Of a DNA stretch of 64,000 nt, positions 53,262 to 63,394 are shown in pieces. The notes beneath the pieces are model-generated. The model was not told the DNA's origin, did not search any database, and saw only the letters and a list, made by a program, of their open reading frames with translations. Location: NCBI GenBank assembly GCA_945952115.1, contig CAMFHA010000001.1:3579-67578 (forward strand). The letters run 5' to 3'. The position numbers were made by a program, and so were the translations under genes. Numbering within the stretch: position 1 is the stretch's first letter; each line of letters begins with the position of its first letter. Source of the stretch: an uncultured Legionella sp. Lineage in GTDB: Bacteria; Pseudomonadota; Gammaproteobacteria; Legionellales; Legionellaceae.

Positions 53262-55114
53262 GATTCTTTGGGTATAGGATGAAGTTTATAATAAGTATCA
53301 ATAATTTTACGAGCCACCACGGATGCAGCAAAATCATTTTCTACCACTACTGCTATTGCAATATCTGAATTTTCAACCGGGGTGAATCCAATGAATAAAG
53401 AGTTATCGCGTAAGGCTTCAGGTATATTTTCATAACGTGTTTTTTCATATTGATGTCCACTATGAACTTGCGCAGTGCCAGTTTTTCCTGCCATGGGATA
53501 AGGTGGGTTTCTTCCAAAACGATAACCAGTTCCTTCATTGCTAATTAATACACTATGCATAGCTTCAGCAACAATAGCCCAATTATGTTCATTATTAAGT
53601 TTAATTTGCTTTTCTATAACAGGCTTATAGCGTTCTACCACATTATTATCAGTATTAACCGTTTTAATTAATAAATGTGGCTTATATCGTGTGCCATGGT
53701 GGCTTAAAGTAGCAGTTGCATTAGCTATTTGTAAAGGTGTGGCTAACATAAACCCTTGGCCAATAGAAGAAATAACGGTGTCACCAGGATACCAAGGAAC
53801 CCCTTTGACAGCTCTTTTCCATTCAATATTGGGAACAATGCCATTGGCTTCTTCATGTAAATCTACTTTGGTTAAGGAGCCTAATCCAAATTTTTTAAGC
53901 ATAGTGGCAATATGAGTGATCCCCATTTTTGTTCCTAAATTATAAAAATAAGTATCACAAGAGACAGTGATCGCGCGCTTGAAGTTAATAGCACCATGAC
54001 CAGTTTTTTTCCAATCTCGATAAATATGACTGGCTGTAGGTAATTTATATTTGCCATAATCATAGATTTCAGAACTAGGCGTTACAAAACCTTTATCCAA
54101 ACCGGTCAATCCTACAAAAGGTTTAATAGTAGATGCAGGAGGATAAACACCACGTACAGCTCTATTAAAGAGAGGTCTTTGTAAAGCATTGGATAAGATT
54201 TTATAATCTTTATTACTCACACCATTTACAAAAAGATTCGGATCAAAACTAGGTGAACTGACTAGAGCTAAAATTTCTCCATTATGAGAATCAATAACTA
54301 CTGCTGCACCACGTTTACCTTGTAATGCTTCATAGGCAGCTTGCTGTAAGCGTAAATCAATACTTAGATATAATTTGGCTCCAGAATGAGGAGGAATTTT
54401 ATTTATGACACGAAGAGTTCGGCCACTAACATCAGTCTCTACCATCTGATAACCAACTTTACCATGCAGTAAATCTTCATAATATTTTTCAATACCGGCT
54501 TTACCGATATAGTTAGTGGCTCTGTAATTAACCGCATCTACTTTTTTTAACTCATCGATATTTATACGGCCTACATAACCTAAGGCATGAGCAGTTATTT
54601 CTCCTAAAGGATAGTGGCGCATTGATCGTGCTTTAATACTTACGCCAGAAAAATGATATTGATTACTTGCGAAAATAGCGACTTCTTCTTGGCTTAACTT
54701 TAATTTAATTGGAATGGGTACAAAAGAGCGATTTTGAGATTTAGTTCGATAAAAACTTTCAACATCATCCTCTGTAATAGAAGGGAGCAATACTCTTAAT
54801 TTAGCGATGGTTTCTTTAAGATTTTTCACATGTTCAGGAATAATTTCTAAAACATATACAGGAACATTTTCTGCAAGCAATATTCCATTTCTATCTAAAA
54901 TGACTCCCCGAGGCGGAGCAATAGGAATAATAGTCATTTGATTTTTTAGAGATAGAGTTTGATAGCGTTTAAATTGAGAGATTTGTAAAAACCCAAGCCG
55001 TAAGATTAAGATTAGTGATAAAATAAGTAAAATGGTTACTAGAATATATAGCCTAAATTGTTGACTCTGTGATTCGGATTGATAATTATTAAACGATTTA
55101 TTAAGACCCATCAC
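53258..55114 (-). CDS. mrdA: Penicillin-binding protein 2 (elongasome transpeptidase)
   Basis: PRGVILDRNG, active site PASTIKP, SSIGQG (SxN-like) and KTGTAQV. Confidence 0.93.
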   Translation of the reverse strand: MMGLNKSFNNYQSESQSQQFRLYILVTILLILSLILILRLGFLQISQFKRYQTLSLKNQMTIIPIAPPRGVILDRNGILLAENVPVYVLEIIPEHVKNLKETIAKLRVLLPSITEDDVESFYRTKSQNRSFVPIPIKLKLSQEEVAIFASNQYHFSGVSIKARSMRHYPLGEITAHALGYVGRINIDELKKVDAVNYRATNYIGKAGIEKYYEDLLHGKVGYQMVETDVSGRTLRVINKIPPHSGAKLYLSIDLRLQQAAYEALQGKRGAAVVIDSHNGEILALVSSPSFDPNLFVNGVSNKDYKILSNALQRPLFNRAVRGVYPPASTIKPFVGLTGLDKGFVTPSSEIYDYGKYKLPTASHIYRDWKKTGHGAINFKRAITVSCDTYFYNLGTKMGITHIATMLKKFGLGSLTKVDLHEEANGIVPNIEWKRAVKGVPWYPGDTVISSIGQGFMLATPLQIANATATLSHHGTRYKPHLLIKTVNTDNNVVERYKPVIEKQIKLNNEHNWAIVAEAMHSVLISNEGTGYRFGRNPPYPMAGKTGTAQVHSGHQYEKTRYENIPEALRDNSLFIGFTPVENSDIAIAVVVENDFAASVVARKIIDTYYKLHPIPKES

Positions 55115-55203
55115 AAATTAATACATACGACAAATGAGCCACATGTTACCGCAAAATTGTAAAATTACCAATGCTGTATTCTTTTTTTTCCTTCTTTGGT
55201 GTA

Positions 55204-55389
55204 ATTATCCTAGAAAACGCAGTTGAATCTACTATGAGTGTCTGCTGCATTGATTGTTCAAGAGATTTTGATGATTTTTTACTTCACCGTAAGGGTGATA
55301 CGCTTTCAGCAAAAAATCATCAAAATCTCTTGAACAATCAGCACATTAAACACTCTCGCTACGATTCAACCGCGGTTTCTAGGATTATT
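55204..55389. repeat. 186-bp nested palindromic element, long form of the ATCCTAGAAAACGCAGT family
   Basis: Termini atcctagaaaacgcagttgaatc and gattcaaccgcggtttctaggat match at 21/23. 55219-55248 is the reverse complement of 38046-38075 at 29/30. It carries an inner 30-bp-arm palindrome tgattgttcaagagattttgatgatttttt. The right end covers the rlmH stop. Confidence 0.85.
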
Positions 55390-55855
55390 TATGATAAGGA
55401 TGATTGTTAATAATAGACCATGCTCTATATAAGGTTTCTAAGAGAATAATACGAACTAAAGGATGAGGTAGGGTAAGCTTGGATAAAGACCAACGTTCAT
55501 GACAAAGCTTTAGAGTATCGGGTGAAAAACCTTCTGGGCCACCAATAAGAAAGCATAAATGACTATTGATTTGCTGTAATTGAGTTATCTTAAGTGCAAG
55601 CTCTTCGCTTGAGTAGCTTTTACCTTGCAGATCTAAGGCAATAATTTTTGCCCCATTAGGAATAGCTTCTTTAATTAAAACGGCTTCTTTTTCCATGATG
55701 CGGGTTAAATCGGTGGATTTATTTCGTTTAATTAAAGGAATTTCAATCAGTTTTAGCTGAATCCCGTCATTAAATCGTTTGGAGTAATCATTAGTTCCTT
55801 GATTAACCCAATCAGGCATTTTATTGCCTACAGCAATAACAGTTATTTTTAGCAT
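55385..55855 (-). CDS. rlmH: 23S rRNA (pseudouridine1915-N3)-methyltransferase
   Basis: 156 aa. SPOUT fold with FLIGGPEGF and [14 protein letters not shown], ending NHPYHK. Confidence 0.93.
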   Translation of the reverse strand: MLKITVIAVGNKMPDWVNQGTNDYSKRFNDGIQLKLIEIPLIKRNKSTDLTRIMEKEAVLIKEAIPNGAKIIALDLQGKSYSSEELALKITQLQQINSHLCFLIGGPEGFSPDTLKLCHERWSLSKLTLPHPLVRIILLETLYRAWSIINNHPYHK

Positions 55856-55856
55856 C

Positions 55857-56192
55857 TTAATGTTTACTGGGATCTTCCCATAAGCCTTCTAAATTATAGA
55901 AGTGTCTGCTTTCTGGTTGCATGATATGAAGTACAAAATCACCTAAATCAATTAAGGCCCAATCACCTTGCTCAATACCCGTTGAATTAAGGGTAGGTAA
56001 ACCTGCCATTTTCATGTCTTCCATGACTTTTTGAGCGATTGCTTTAACATGGCGCGAAGCACGGCCAGAAGCAATGATCATGTAGTCTGTAACGGTAGTT
56101 TGCTCGTGGACATCAAGCACTTTAATATCAATGGCTTGCATCTCATCAAGCGATTTTATTATTTTAGAAAGCATTTCTTTGGAGTTGGGCAT
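55857..56192 (-). CDS. rsfS: Ribosomal silencing factor RsfS
   Basis: 111 aa with [15 protein letters not shown]-like [15 protein letters not shown] and [15 protein letters not shown]. Confidence 0.93.
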   Translation of the reverse strand: MPNSKEMLSKIIKSLDEMQAIDIKVLDVHEQTTVTDYMIIASGRASRHVKAIAQKVMEDMKMAGLPTLNSTGIEQGDWALIDLGDFVLHIMQPESRHFYNLEGLWEDPSKH

Positions 56193-56328
56193 AAGCTATT
56201 AGTCTATCAAAAAACGAACGATTCTAGCAGAAAAGATTAGAGATAAAAAGTATTATGCAGTTTATGATTTAAATTCATGAAGGTTTGGCTCTTAGCCAAA
56301 AACGTTATCAATTGATTTCTTTAGCTGG

Positions 56329-57213
56329 CTAGATACGGTTTTTTTCATTAAGACTCAAGTCGTCAGCTTCTTCTCTTGTTCTATTAGTAGCGTTTTCTTT
56401 CTCTATGCTATTTGCTGTTTCACTGAGAGCATTTTCTGTAGAAAAAAAACCGAGATTAGCTTTAGTGGTAGTTTCGGCTGATGCTTCTTTTTTCGTCTGT
56501 GTTGGTGATTTCGTTTTATTATCCACAGTCGCTTCTTCGTTTAAAGATATATTTGTTGTTACAGGAATTTGTGTAGCTAAGTCTGCTAACAGATCTTGAA
56601 TGTATCTAGCTGTTTCCTCCGGATGGTATAACTCATAATCATAGGCATTAGCAAATATCGCTGCATTTTTTTTATCTTTAAGAAAATCAATATATGTAAG
56701 ATCTGGTCTGTGATAATTTAAAAATAGAAGCGATTTAACAACAAAAACAGAATGCTCAAATTCTTTCATTTTGAGGAAATATTGAGAGAAGTCTTTTTGC
56801 ATCCGTCTCCATTGAGCAACTCCAGGAGTATCTTCTCGTCCGTCATTTGGATCTACAGCTTTTATGAGGGGAAAAGGCCCATACACATAATCTAATTTTA
56901 CAGCATGTCCCATATCAACACATACAGGATTTCCTCTAATGGGAGTAATTACATTCTCAGTTCCCATTGCGTCGACGACTATTCTCCCGGTACGCCGATA
57001 TATATCTAACAAAGTAAAAACGATTTCTTCATCAGTTGCTTGCCTTCCCTTAATATAGGGACATAACCATCCTATTTTTTCTTCACCGTTTATAACGGCT
57101 GTGAAGTGTTTTGCTGGCAGAGTCGGATTAACCTCATTCCAGATTTTAATAGATCGTTCAACAGCTTTATATCAGTAAAGACAGCATGATTTTAATATAG
57201 GCAATCTATCCAT
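56329..57213 (-). pseudogene. Small effector-like gene with an in-frame TGA at codon 14 (pseudogene, or a TTG-initiated 227-aa remnant)
   Basis: ATG 57213, then 13 codons, then TGA (57174-57172). The same frame stays open with protein-like sequence (YKAVERSIKIWNEV...PYIKGRQATDEE) for 53 codons before the first possible start (TTG 57012). Confidence 0.45.
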
Positions 57214-57282
57214 TTTTTTCAATAGACTTTTTGCATAACCTGCATCTTGAAACATTTTGGGTATAAATAAAATTTAGCAGGA

Positions 57283-58728
57283 CTATTCTATTATTTTTAC
57301 TCTGGTTAATAGAAATTTAATTACAGCAAAAATCACAAGACAGCCAATAGTCGCAGTAAACAAAATTCCTACTTGTTGTCTAAATGCTGCTGCATATAAG
57401 GCGTGTAATATAGTAAGATTTGTTTCTCCATGGGGAATAGCTGTCAATGTTGCTAATTTTCCAGAAAGAAAACCACCAACGCCTAAAGATACAAAGAAAA
57501 TTCCCATCATGGTGCTCACCTTATTTTTATCAGCAAGAAGAGTTATTGCAGCTAAACCTACCGGGGATAGTAAAAGCTCTGCTAAAGAAATCATTAAAAA
57601 TGCAGGAATAATTAATAAAGGGGACAAAAGGGTGTTTAAATTTGAATAAGTACTAACAAGAGCAATGATCGTATAAGCAATAGTCATAAATATCATTGCA
57701 CAAATGAATTTTTTTCCTGTACTTAATCCGCGTTCAATTAAATTCTGTTTTTGATTATTTTTAGCTAAAAAATATCCAATTATTAACATTCCAACACTTT
57801 GAATAGTAATATAATAAGGAGGTGGAAATTCTATGCCCCATAAACTAGATTCAACTAGCCGTGAGATGAACAAGGTTAAGGACATAAACATCTGAAAATA
57901 AAAGGCCCAAAACATTATAGAAATAACACAGAGTAAGCCAATTACTAACGTTTGACGAGCTTGAGTAGCGCTCTCCTTGCTCACAGCATAAAGAATATAG
58001 ATAGCAGAAAACAAAACAACACCACCGAATATGATGTTAGCTAGTTGAGGAGAGCTTAAAATGTAAAAACATAAAGACCAAAGCAGTAACATCAAGACTA
58101 AAGCTACAACAATTTTTTTATACTGAAAACTATAGGGATTATAATCTCTTATTTTATATACTTTGATACCTATACGAAATACCATAAACGCAATAATCAT
58201 TCCTATTGCTGCACTAGCAAAAGATGCTGGCCAGCCAAAATGTTTACTTAAGTGACTAGGAAGCGTGGTACCTAAAATGATCCCGGTAGTAATTCCCATA
58301 TAAAAGATGGTAAAACCACTTTCTCTTCTAGATGAGTTAGCGAGATATTCATTGCCTAATAATGAAGAAATATTAGGTTTTAATAAGCCTGTACCTACGG
58401 CAATACCGCCAAGAGCAGATAGTAGTGCTCGATCAGATTCTAATGCGGAGAGTACGCAATAACTGATAAAAAGAACAAAAGCTCCAAGTAAAATCGCTCT
58501 TTTTTGACCAATTAATTTATCTGCAATCCAACCTCCAACAACTGGAGAAAGATAGGTTAGTGCTGTAAATGAACCTACTAAAGCATAGATATCTTTATCT
58601 GGCCATTTAAAATGATGAGCCAAATAAAGGGCTAGCAGTGATTGTACAACATAAAAACCATAACGCTCCCACATTTCAGTGGCAAAAAATACACCTAAGG
58701 ATTTTGGATGTTTTTCCATGTTAATCAA
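57283..58728 (-). CDS. Proton-dependent oligopeptide transporter (POT/PTR2 family)
   Basis: FATEMWERYGFYVVQSLLALYL (PTR2 signature) and GGWIADKLIGQKR. About 14 TM helices. Confidence 0.88.
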   Translation of the reverse strand: MINMEKHPKSLGVFFATEMWERYGFYVVQSLLALYLAHHFKWPDKDIYALVGSFTALTYLSPVVGGWIADKLIGQKRAILLGAFVLFISYCVLSALESDRALLSALGGIAVGTGLLKPNISSLLGNEYLANSSRRESGFTIFYMGITTGIILGTTLPSHLSKHFGWPASFASAAIGMIIAFMVFRIGIKVYKIRDYNPYSFQYKKIVVALVLMLLLWSLCFYILSSPQLANIIFGGVVLFSAIYILYAVSKESATQARQTLVIGLLCVISIMFWAFYFQMFMSLTLFISRLVESSLWGIEFPPPYYITIQSVGMLIIGYFLAKNNQKQNLIERGLSTGKKFICAMIFMTIAYTIIALVSTYSNLNTLLSPLLIIPAFLMISLAELLLSPVGLAAITLLADKNKVSTMMGIFFVSLGVGGFLSGKLATLTAIPHGETNLTILHALYAAAFRQQVGILFTATIGCLVIFAVIKFLLTRVKIIE

Positions 58729-58913
58729 GCACTTACCGTCTAATTTAAAAGAGAGTATTTCAGTATATCATAAGATTTTAACTGAAACTATATGGGGTTT
58801 TGAACTACGCTTTTCGAGGATAAAAATAGTCGAATTATTCTCATTTAATTCTGTTCCTGTCTGAGTATGAGTCGTGTATGATGGCCTAAAATGATTTTCT
58901 AGGGAGTTTAATA

Positions 58914-60572
58914 ATGAATCAAGAAGTGAGCCATTCAATTACTGCTAAACGTGGCCTAGAGTTAGAAGCTAAAAGTTGGTTAACTGAAGCAGCATTACGG
59001 ATGTTATGTAATAACCTTGATTCTGAGGTAGCGGAAAATCCAGATGAGTTAGTTGTGTATGGTGGATTAGGCAAAGCAGCAAGAAATTGGGATTGTTTTC
59101 ATAAAATTAAAGAAGTATTAAAAAAACTAGAAAAAAATCAAACACTGTTAGTTCAATCAGGAAAACCAGTTGGTGTGTTTACAACTCATGAAGACGCGCC
59201 ACGCGTTCTTATTGCTAATTCAAATTTAGTACCTCGATGGGCTACCTGGGAGCACTTTAACGAATTAGACAAAAAAGGGCTGATGATGTATGGCCAAATG
59301 ACAGCCGGTAGTTGGATATATATAGGCTCGCAAGGTATCGTACAAGGAACTTATGAAACTTTTGTTGCTGCAGCTAAGAAGCATTATCACGGAGATCTAT
59401 CCGGTCGATGGATTTTAACCGGTGGTTTAGGCGGGATGGGAGGTGCTCAGACCTTAGCTGGAACCATGGCTGGTGCAAGTGTATTAGCTGTAGAATGTGA
59501 TGAAAGTAGAATTCAAAAACGCATAAAAACTCGTTACTTAGATAAATACACTAAAGATTTAAATGAAGCTTTGTCTTGGATACACGATTCATGTGCTAAA
59601 AAAACACCTTGTTCTGTAGCCATTTTAGGAAATGCGGCTGAAATTTTTCCTAAATTAATAGCGCTTGGTGTTAAGCCCGCATTAGTGACTGATCAAACCA
59701 GTGCTCATGATCCACTTAATGGTTATTTACCAGCAGGTTGGTCTTTAGAAAAAGCAGAGAAGCTGCGTAAAACTGAACCAGCACAGGTTATTGAGGCCGC
59801 TAAAAAATCGATGGCACAACAAGTCCATGCAATGCTTGAGTTTCAAAAGCAAGGTATTCCTGTTTTTGATTATGGTAATAATATTCGTCAAATGGCTTAT
59901 GAAGCAGGAGAAAAAGATGCCTTTGCTTTTGAAGGCTTTGTTCCTGCCTATATTAGGCCTTTATTTTGTGAAGGAATTGGGCCATTTCGTTGGGTAGCTT
60001 TATCTGGAGATCCTAGGGATATTGATGCTACTGATGCAATGGTTAAAGAATTGATTCCAGATAATAAACATCTTCATAATTGGTTAGATATGGCTCGAGA
60101 AAAAATTGCATTTCAAGGCTTGCCTGCTCGAATTTGTTGGGTCGGTTTAAAAGATAGAGCACGCCTAGCATTAGCATTTAATGAAATGGTCAAAACTAAA
60201 AAAGTTAAAGCCCCCATTGTTATTGGACGCGATCATCTAGATTCTGGTTCTGTAGCTAGCCCCAATCGTGAGACAGAGGGAATGATAGATGGCAGTGATG
60301 CGGTATCTGATTGGCCTTTATTAAATGCTTTATTAAATTGCGCTAGTGGAGCAACCTGGGTCAGTATACATCATGGAGGCGGGGTAGGTATGGGTTTTTC
60401 TCAACATGCTGGCGTGGTTATTGTTGCGGATGGAACAGACGAAGCAGCAGAGCGTTTGGCGCGCGTGTTGCATAATGATCCTGCTACCGGTGTGATGCGT
60501 CATGCGGATGCAGGTTATGAGTTAGCAAAAGAATGCGCGAAAGAAAATAATCTTTGGTTACCCATGCTTTAG
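58914..60572 (+). CDS. hutU: Urocanate hydratase
   Basis: 552 aa with [17 protein letters not shown] and [19 protein letters not shown]. Confidence 0.97.
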   Translation: MNQEVSHSITAKRGLELEAKSWLTEAALRMLCNNLDSEVAENPDELVVYGGLGKAARNWDCFHKIKEVLKKLEKNQTLLVQSGKPVGVFTTHEDAPRVLIANSNLVPRWATWEHFNELDKKGLMMYGQMTAGSWIYIGSQGIVQGTYETFVAAAKKHYHGDLSGRWILTGGLGGMGGAQTLAGTMAGASVLAVECDESRIQKRIKTRYLDKYTKDLNEALSWIHDSCAKKTPCSVAILGNAAEIFPKLIALGVKPALVTDQTSAHDPLNGYLPAGWSLEKAEKLRKTEPAQVIEAAKKSMAQQVHAMLEFQKQGIPVFDYGNNIRQMAYEAGEKDAFAFEGFVPAYIRPLFCEGIGPFRWVALSGDPRDIDATDAMVKELIPDNKHLHNWLDMAREKIAFQGLPARICWVGLKDRARLALAFNEMVKTKKVKAPIVIGRDHLDSGSVASPNRETEGMIDGSDAVSDWPLLNALLNCASGATWVSIHHGGGVGMGFSQHAGVVIVADGTDEAAERLARVLHNDPATGVMRHADAGYELAKECAKENNLWLPML

Positions 60573-60583
60573 AGGAGATTAAG

Positions 60584-62098
60584 ATGCCTAATAATTTTGT
60601 AATTCACCCGGGACAACTTACTTTACCCATAATAAAAAAATTAAGTATGGATGATCTTCCTTATACTTTATCTCTTTCTGAAGATGCTTTAGACGCTATC
60701 TATAAATCGCATAAAACAGTGTTGAGTGTACTAGAAAGTAAAAAAATTGTTTATGGAATCAATACGGGCTTTGGATCATTGGCCAATCAAACTATATCAC
60801 ATCACAATTTAAAACAACTACAAAGAAATATTGTTCTTTCACATGCCTGTGGGACAGGTGATTTACTTTCTGATGAGGTGGTTGGATTAATTCTATTATT
60901 AAAAATAAATAATTTGGCTCAAGGATATTCAGGGGTACGTTATGAACTGATTCAAGCTTTGATACAACTTTACAATCATCAAATATATCCTTGCATTCCG
61001 GCTAAAGGCTCTGTTGGAGCTTCTGGGGATTTAGTTCCCTTGGCTCATATGTCTTTATCTTTACTTGGAGTAGGTGATGTTCGGTACAAAGGTAAAATAA
61101 TTTCTGCCATAGAAGGGCTTAAATTAGCAGGATTAAAACCGCTTGAACTTGAAGCAAAAGAAGGTTTGGCTTTATTAAATGGTTTGCAGGTGTCTACTGC
61201 CTTGGCACTCATTGCTTTATTTAAAACGGAGCAATTGTTTGAAACAGCGCTAGTTGCGGGCGCTTTATCTGTTGATGCGGCTTTAGGAAGTGATGTGCCT
61301 TTTGATGATCGAATTCATCGAGTTCGTGGTCATGATGCTCAACGTGATGTTGCAGCCTTATATCGAGCTTTATTAAATGGCAGCCAAATAAGAGACTCAC
61401 ACCGTGATTGTTCACGGGTACAAGACCCTTATTCATTACGTTGTCAACCACAAATTATGGGCGCTGTGTTACATCAAATTCGTTTTGTTAGCAGTACATT
61501 AGAAATTGAGTCTAATGCAATTTCTGATAATCCCCTAGTATTTTCAGATAAAGGCGATATTTTATCTGGTGGAAATTTTCATGGTGAAATTATAGCAATG
61601 GCTGCTGATAATTTAGCTTTAGCAATTGCGGAAATGGGGGCTAATGCAGAGCGACGAATAGCGTTGTTAATTGATAATCATTTTAGTAGCTTGCCTGCTT
61701 TTTTAGTGAATGAAGGAGGAATTAACTCTGGATTCATGATTGCACATGTTACCGCTGCTTCTTGTGCGAGTGATAATAAAGCGTTGGCTCATCCTCACTC
61801 AGTGGATAGTTTACCCACTTCTGCGAACCAAGAAGATCATGTTTCTATGGCTACTAACGCTGCTCGGCGTTTATATGAAATGCTTGATAATACCTCAACC
61901 ATTCTAGCGATTGAATTATTAGCAGCTTCTCAAGGTCTGGAGTTTCATAAACCATTAAAAACTTCCCCACAATTAGAAGTTTTTTATGATAAAGTGCGGG
62001 CTTTGGTTCCTCCTTATGATCAAGATCGTTATTTTGCACCAGATATAGAGAGCATTAAAAAAAGTGTTCTAGATGGGGTTTTTGTGCGAGTGAAATGA
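60584..62098 (+). CDS. hutH: Histidine ammonia-lyase
   Basis: MIO-forming GSVGASGDLVPLAH. Start set at ATG 60584 with GGAG upstream. Confidence 0.97.
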   Translation: MPNNFVIHPGQLTLPIIKKLSMDDLPYTLSLSEDALDAIYKSHKTVLSVLESKKIVYGINTGFGSLANQTISHHNLKQLQRNIVLSHACGTGDLLSDEVVGLILLLKINNLAQGYSGVRYELIQALIQLYNHQIYPCIPAKGSVGASGDLVPLAHMSLSLLGVGDVRYKGKIISAIEGLKLAGLKPLELEAKEGLALLNGLQVSTALALIALFKTEQLFETALVAGALSVDAALGSDVPFDDRIHRVRGHDAQRDVAALYRALLNGSQIRDSHRDCSRVQDPYSLRCQPQIMGAVLHQIRFVSSTLEIESNAISDNPLVFSDKGDILSGGNFHGEIIAMAADNLALAIAEMGANAERRIALLIDNHFSSLPAFLVNEGGINSGFMIAHVTAASCASDNKALAHPHSVDSLPTSANQEDHVSMATNAARRLYEMLDNTSTILAIELLAASQGLEFHKPLKTSPQLEVFYDKVRALVPPYDQDRYFAPDIESIKKSVLDGVFVRVK

Positions 62099-62111
62099 TT
62101 GAGGTTTAACT

Positions 62112-62546
62112 ATGAGCGTGAAAATATACACTGATGGGGCTTGCAAAGGAAACCCTGGACCGGGTGGTTGGGGTGTTTTGCTTCGTTATAATGAAGTAGA
62201 GAAAACTTTGTATGGGGGAGAATATTTGACCACCAATAATCGCATGGAATTGATGGCTGCGATTAAAGGTTTAGAAGCTCTAACTCGTGCTTGTGCTGTT
62301 GATCTGTATACGGACTCTCAATATTTACGTAAAGGAATGAATGAGTGGTTAGCGCAGTGGAAAATTAATGGATGGAAAAATTCCAAGAAAGAGCCAGTTA
62401 AAAATGCAGATTTATGGGAATTATTAGATAAATTAGCAGCCAAGCATCAGGTAACTTGGCATTGGGTTAAAGGGCATTCAGGTCATGTGGAAAATGATTT
62501 GGTGGATGCTTTAGCAAATAAAGGAATTGAAGAGTTGGCTAACTAA
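62112..62546 (+). CDS. rnhA: Ribonuclease HI
   Basis: [30 protein letters not shown] and [18 protein letters not shown]. Confidence 0.95.
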   Translation: MSVKIYTDGACKGNPGPGGWGVLLRYNEVEKTLYGGEYLTTNNRMELMAAIKGLEALTRACAVDLYTDSQYLRKGMNEWLAQWKINGWKNSKKEPVKNADLWELLDKLAAKHQVTWHWVKGHSGHVENDLVDALANKGIEELAN

Positions 62547-62579
62547 TTAAGTTCTAATTAAACTATTAATGGTAAATAC

Positions 62580-63281
62580 ATGCGACAAATTGTATTAGAT
62601 ACAGAAACAACAGGTATTGGTCATGAACAAGGTCATCGAGTAATCGAAATTGGTTGTGTGGAGCTTTTTGATCGAAAATTAACTGGAAAGCATTATCATG
62701 TTTATATTAACCCTCAACGTGAAGTAGATGAAGGTGCTTTTCGTGTCCATGGTATCAGTAATGAATTTCTTAAAGATAAACCTTATTTTGAGAATATTCT
62801 GACCGAATTCATTCAATTTGTTGATGGAGCAGAATTGATTATCCATAATGCACCGTTCGATGTAGGTTTTCTTAATTCTGAATTTAAACGTGTGCGATGG
62901 AATAAGCGATTAGAAGAGCATTGTTCTATTTTAGATACTTTAGAGCTGGCACGTGAAAAGCATCCAGGACAAAGGAATAGCCTAGATGCTTTATGTAAAC
63001 GTTATGATATAGATAATTCCAATAGACAGCTACACGGCGCTTTACTAGATGCTGAAATCTTAGCCTATGTTTATTTAGCAATGACTGGCGGCCAAGCTAG
63101 TTTATTTGCTGAGGCTGAAACTGAAAATAATGCGCATATTATTGAGGCAAAAGAAAAAGAATTGCAACTTAGTAATGCTCTTATTATTAAAGCTTCTGAA
63201 CATGAACTTGCTGAACATGAGCTTTTTGTTAGTTTTTTAGAGAAAAAATCAGGAGTAAATCACTGGTTGGAAACAGATTAG
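62580..63281 (+). CDS. dnaQ: DNA polymerase III epsilon subunit (3'-5' proofreading exonuclease)
   Basis: Exo motifs VLDTETTG, HNAPFDVGFL and HGALLDAEILAYVY. Confidence 0.95.
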   Translation: MRQIVLDTETTGIGHEQGHRVIEIGCVELFDRKLTGKHYHVYINPQREVDEGAFRVHGISNEFLKDKPYFENILTEFIQFVDGAELIIHNAPFDVGFLNSEFKRVRWNKRLEEHCSILDTLELAREKHPGQRNSLDALCKRYDIDNSNRQLHGALLDAEILAYVYLAMTGGQASLFAEAETENNAHIIEAKEKELQLSNALIIKASEHELAEHELFVSFLEKKSGVNHWLETD

Positions 63282-63282
63282 A

Positions 63283-63325
63283 TAATCCTAAATTCGGCAG
63301 TAGATTCAACTGCCGAGTTTAGGAT
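63283..63325 (+). repeat. Variant hairpin of the ATCCTA...GCAGT family directly after the dnaQ stop (terminator-like)
   Basis: atcctaaattcggcagt (63285-301), loop agattca, actgccgagtttaggat (63309-325). The one mismatch is a G:U pair on the + strand RNA. The loop and flank share AGTAGA(C/T)T with the 38-kb copies. Confidence 0.75.
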
Positions 63326-63394
63326 AGTAGACTCTAGTTAGTTTACCCTTGGAGACGCGTGCACGCACGCGTTTCAAGATAAACGGTTCTAATA

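Noticed and set aside
55171-55410. 79-aa + strand ORF between mrdA and rlmH
   Set aside because: It lies entirely within the nested palindromic element 55204..55389. It has no SD and is a low-complexity artefact. The same reasoning applies to ORFs 36461..36643 and 17476..17682, which span repeat hairpins.
56285-56305. Small hairpin TTGGCT-ctt-AGCCAA downstream of the 56329 gene, considered as a terminator
   Set aside because: It has only a 6-bp stem and no U-tract on either strand.
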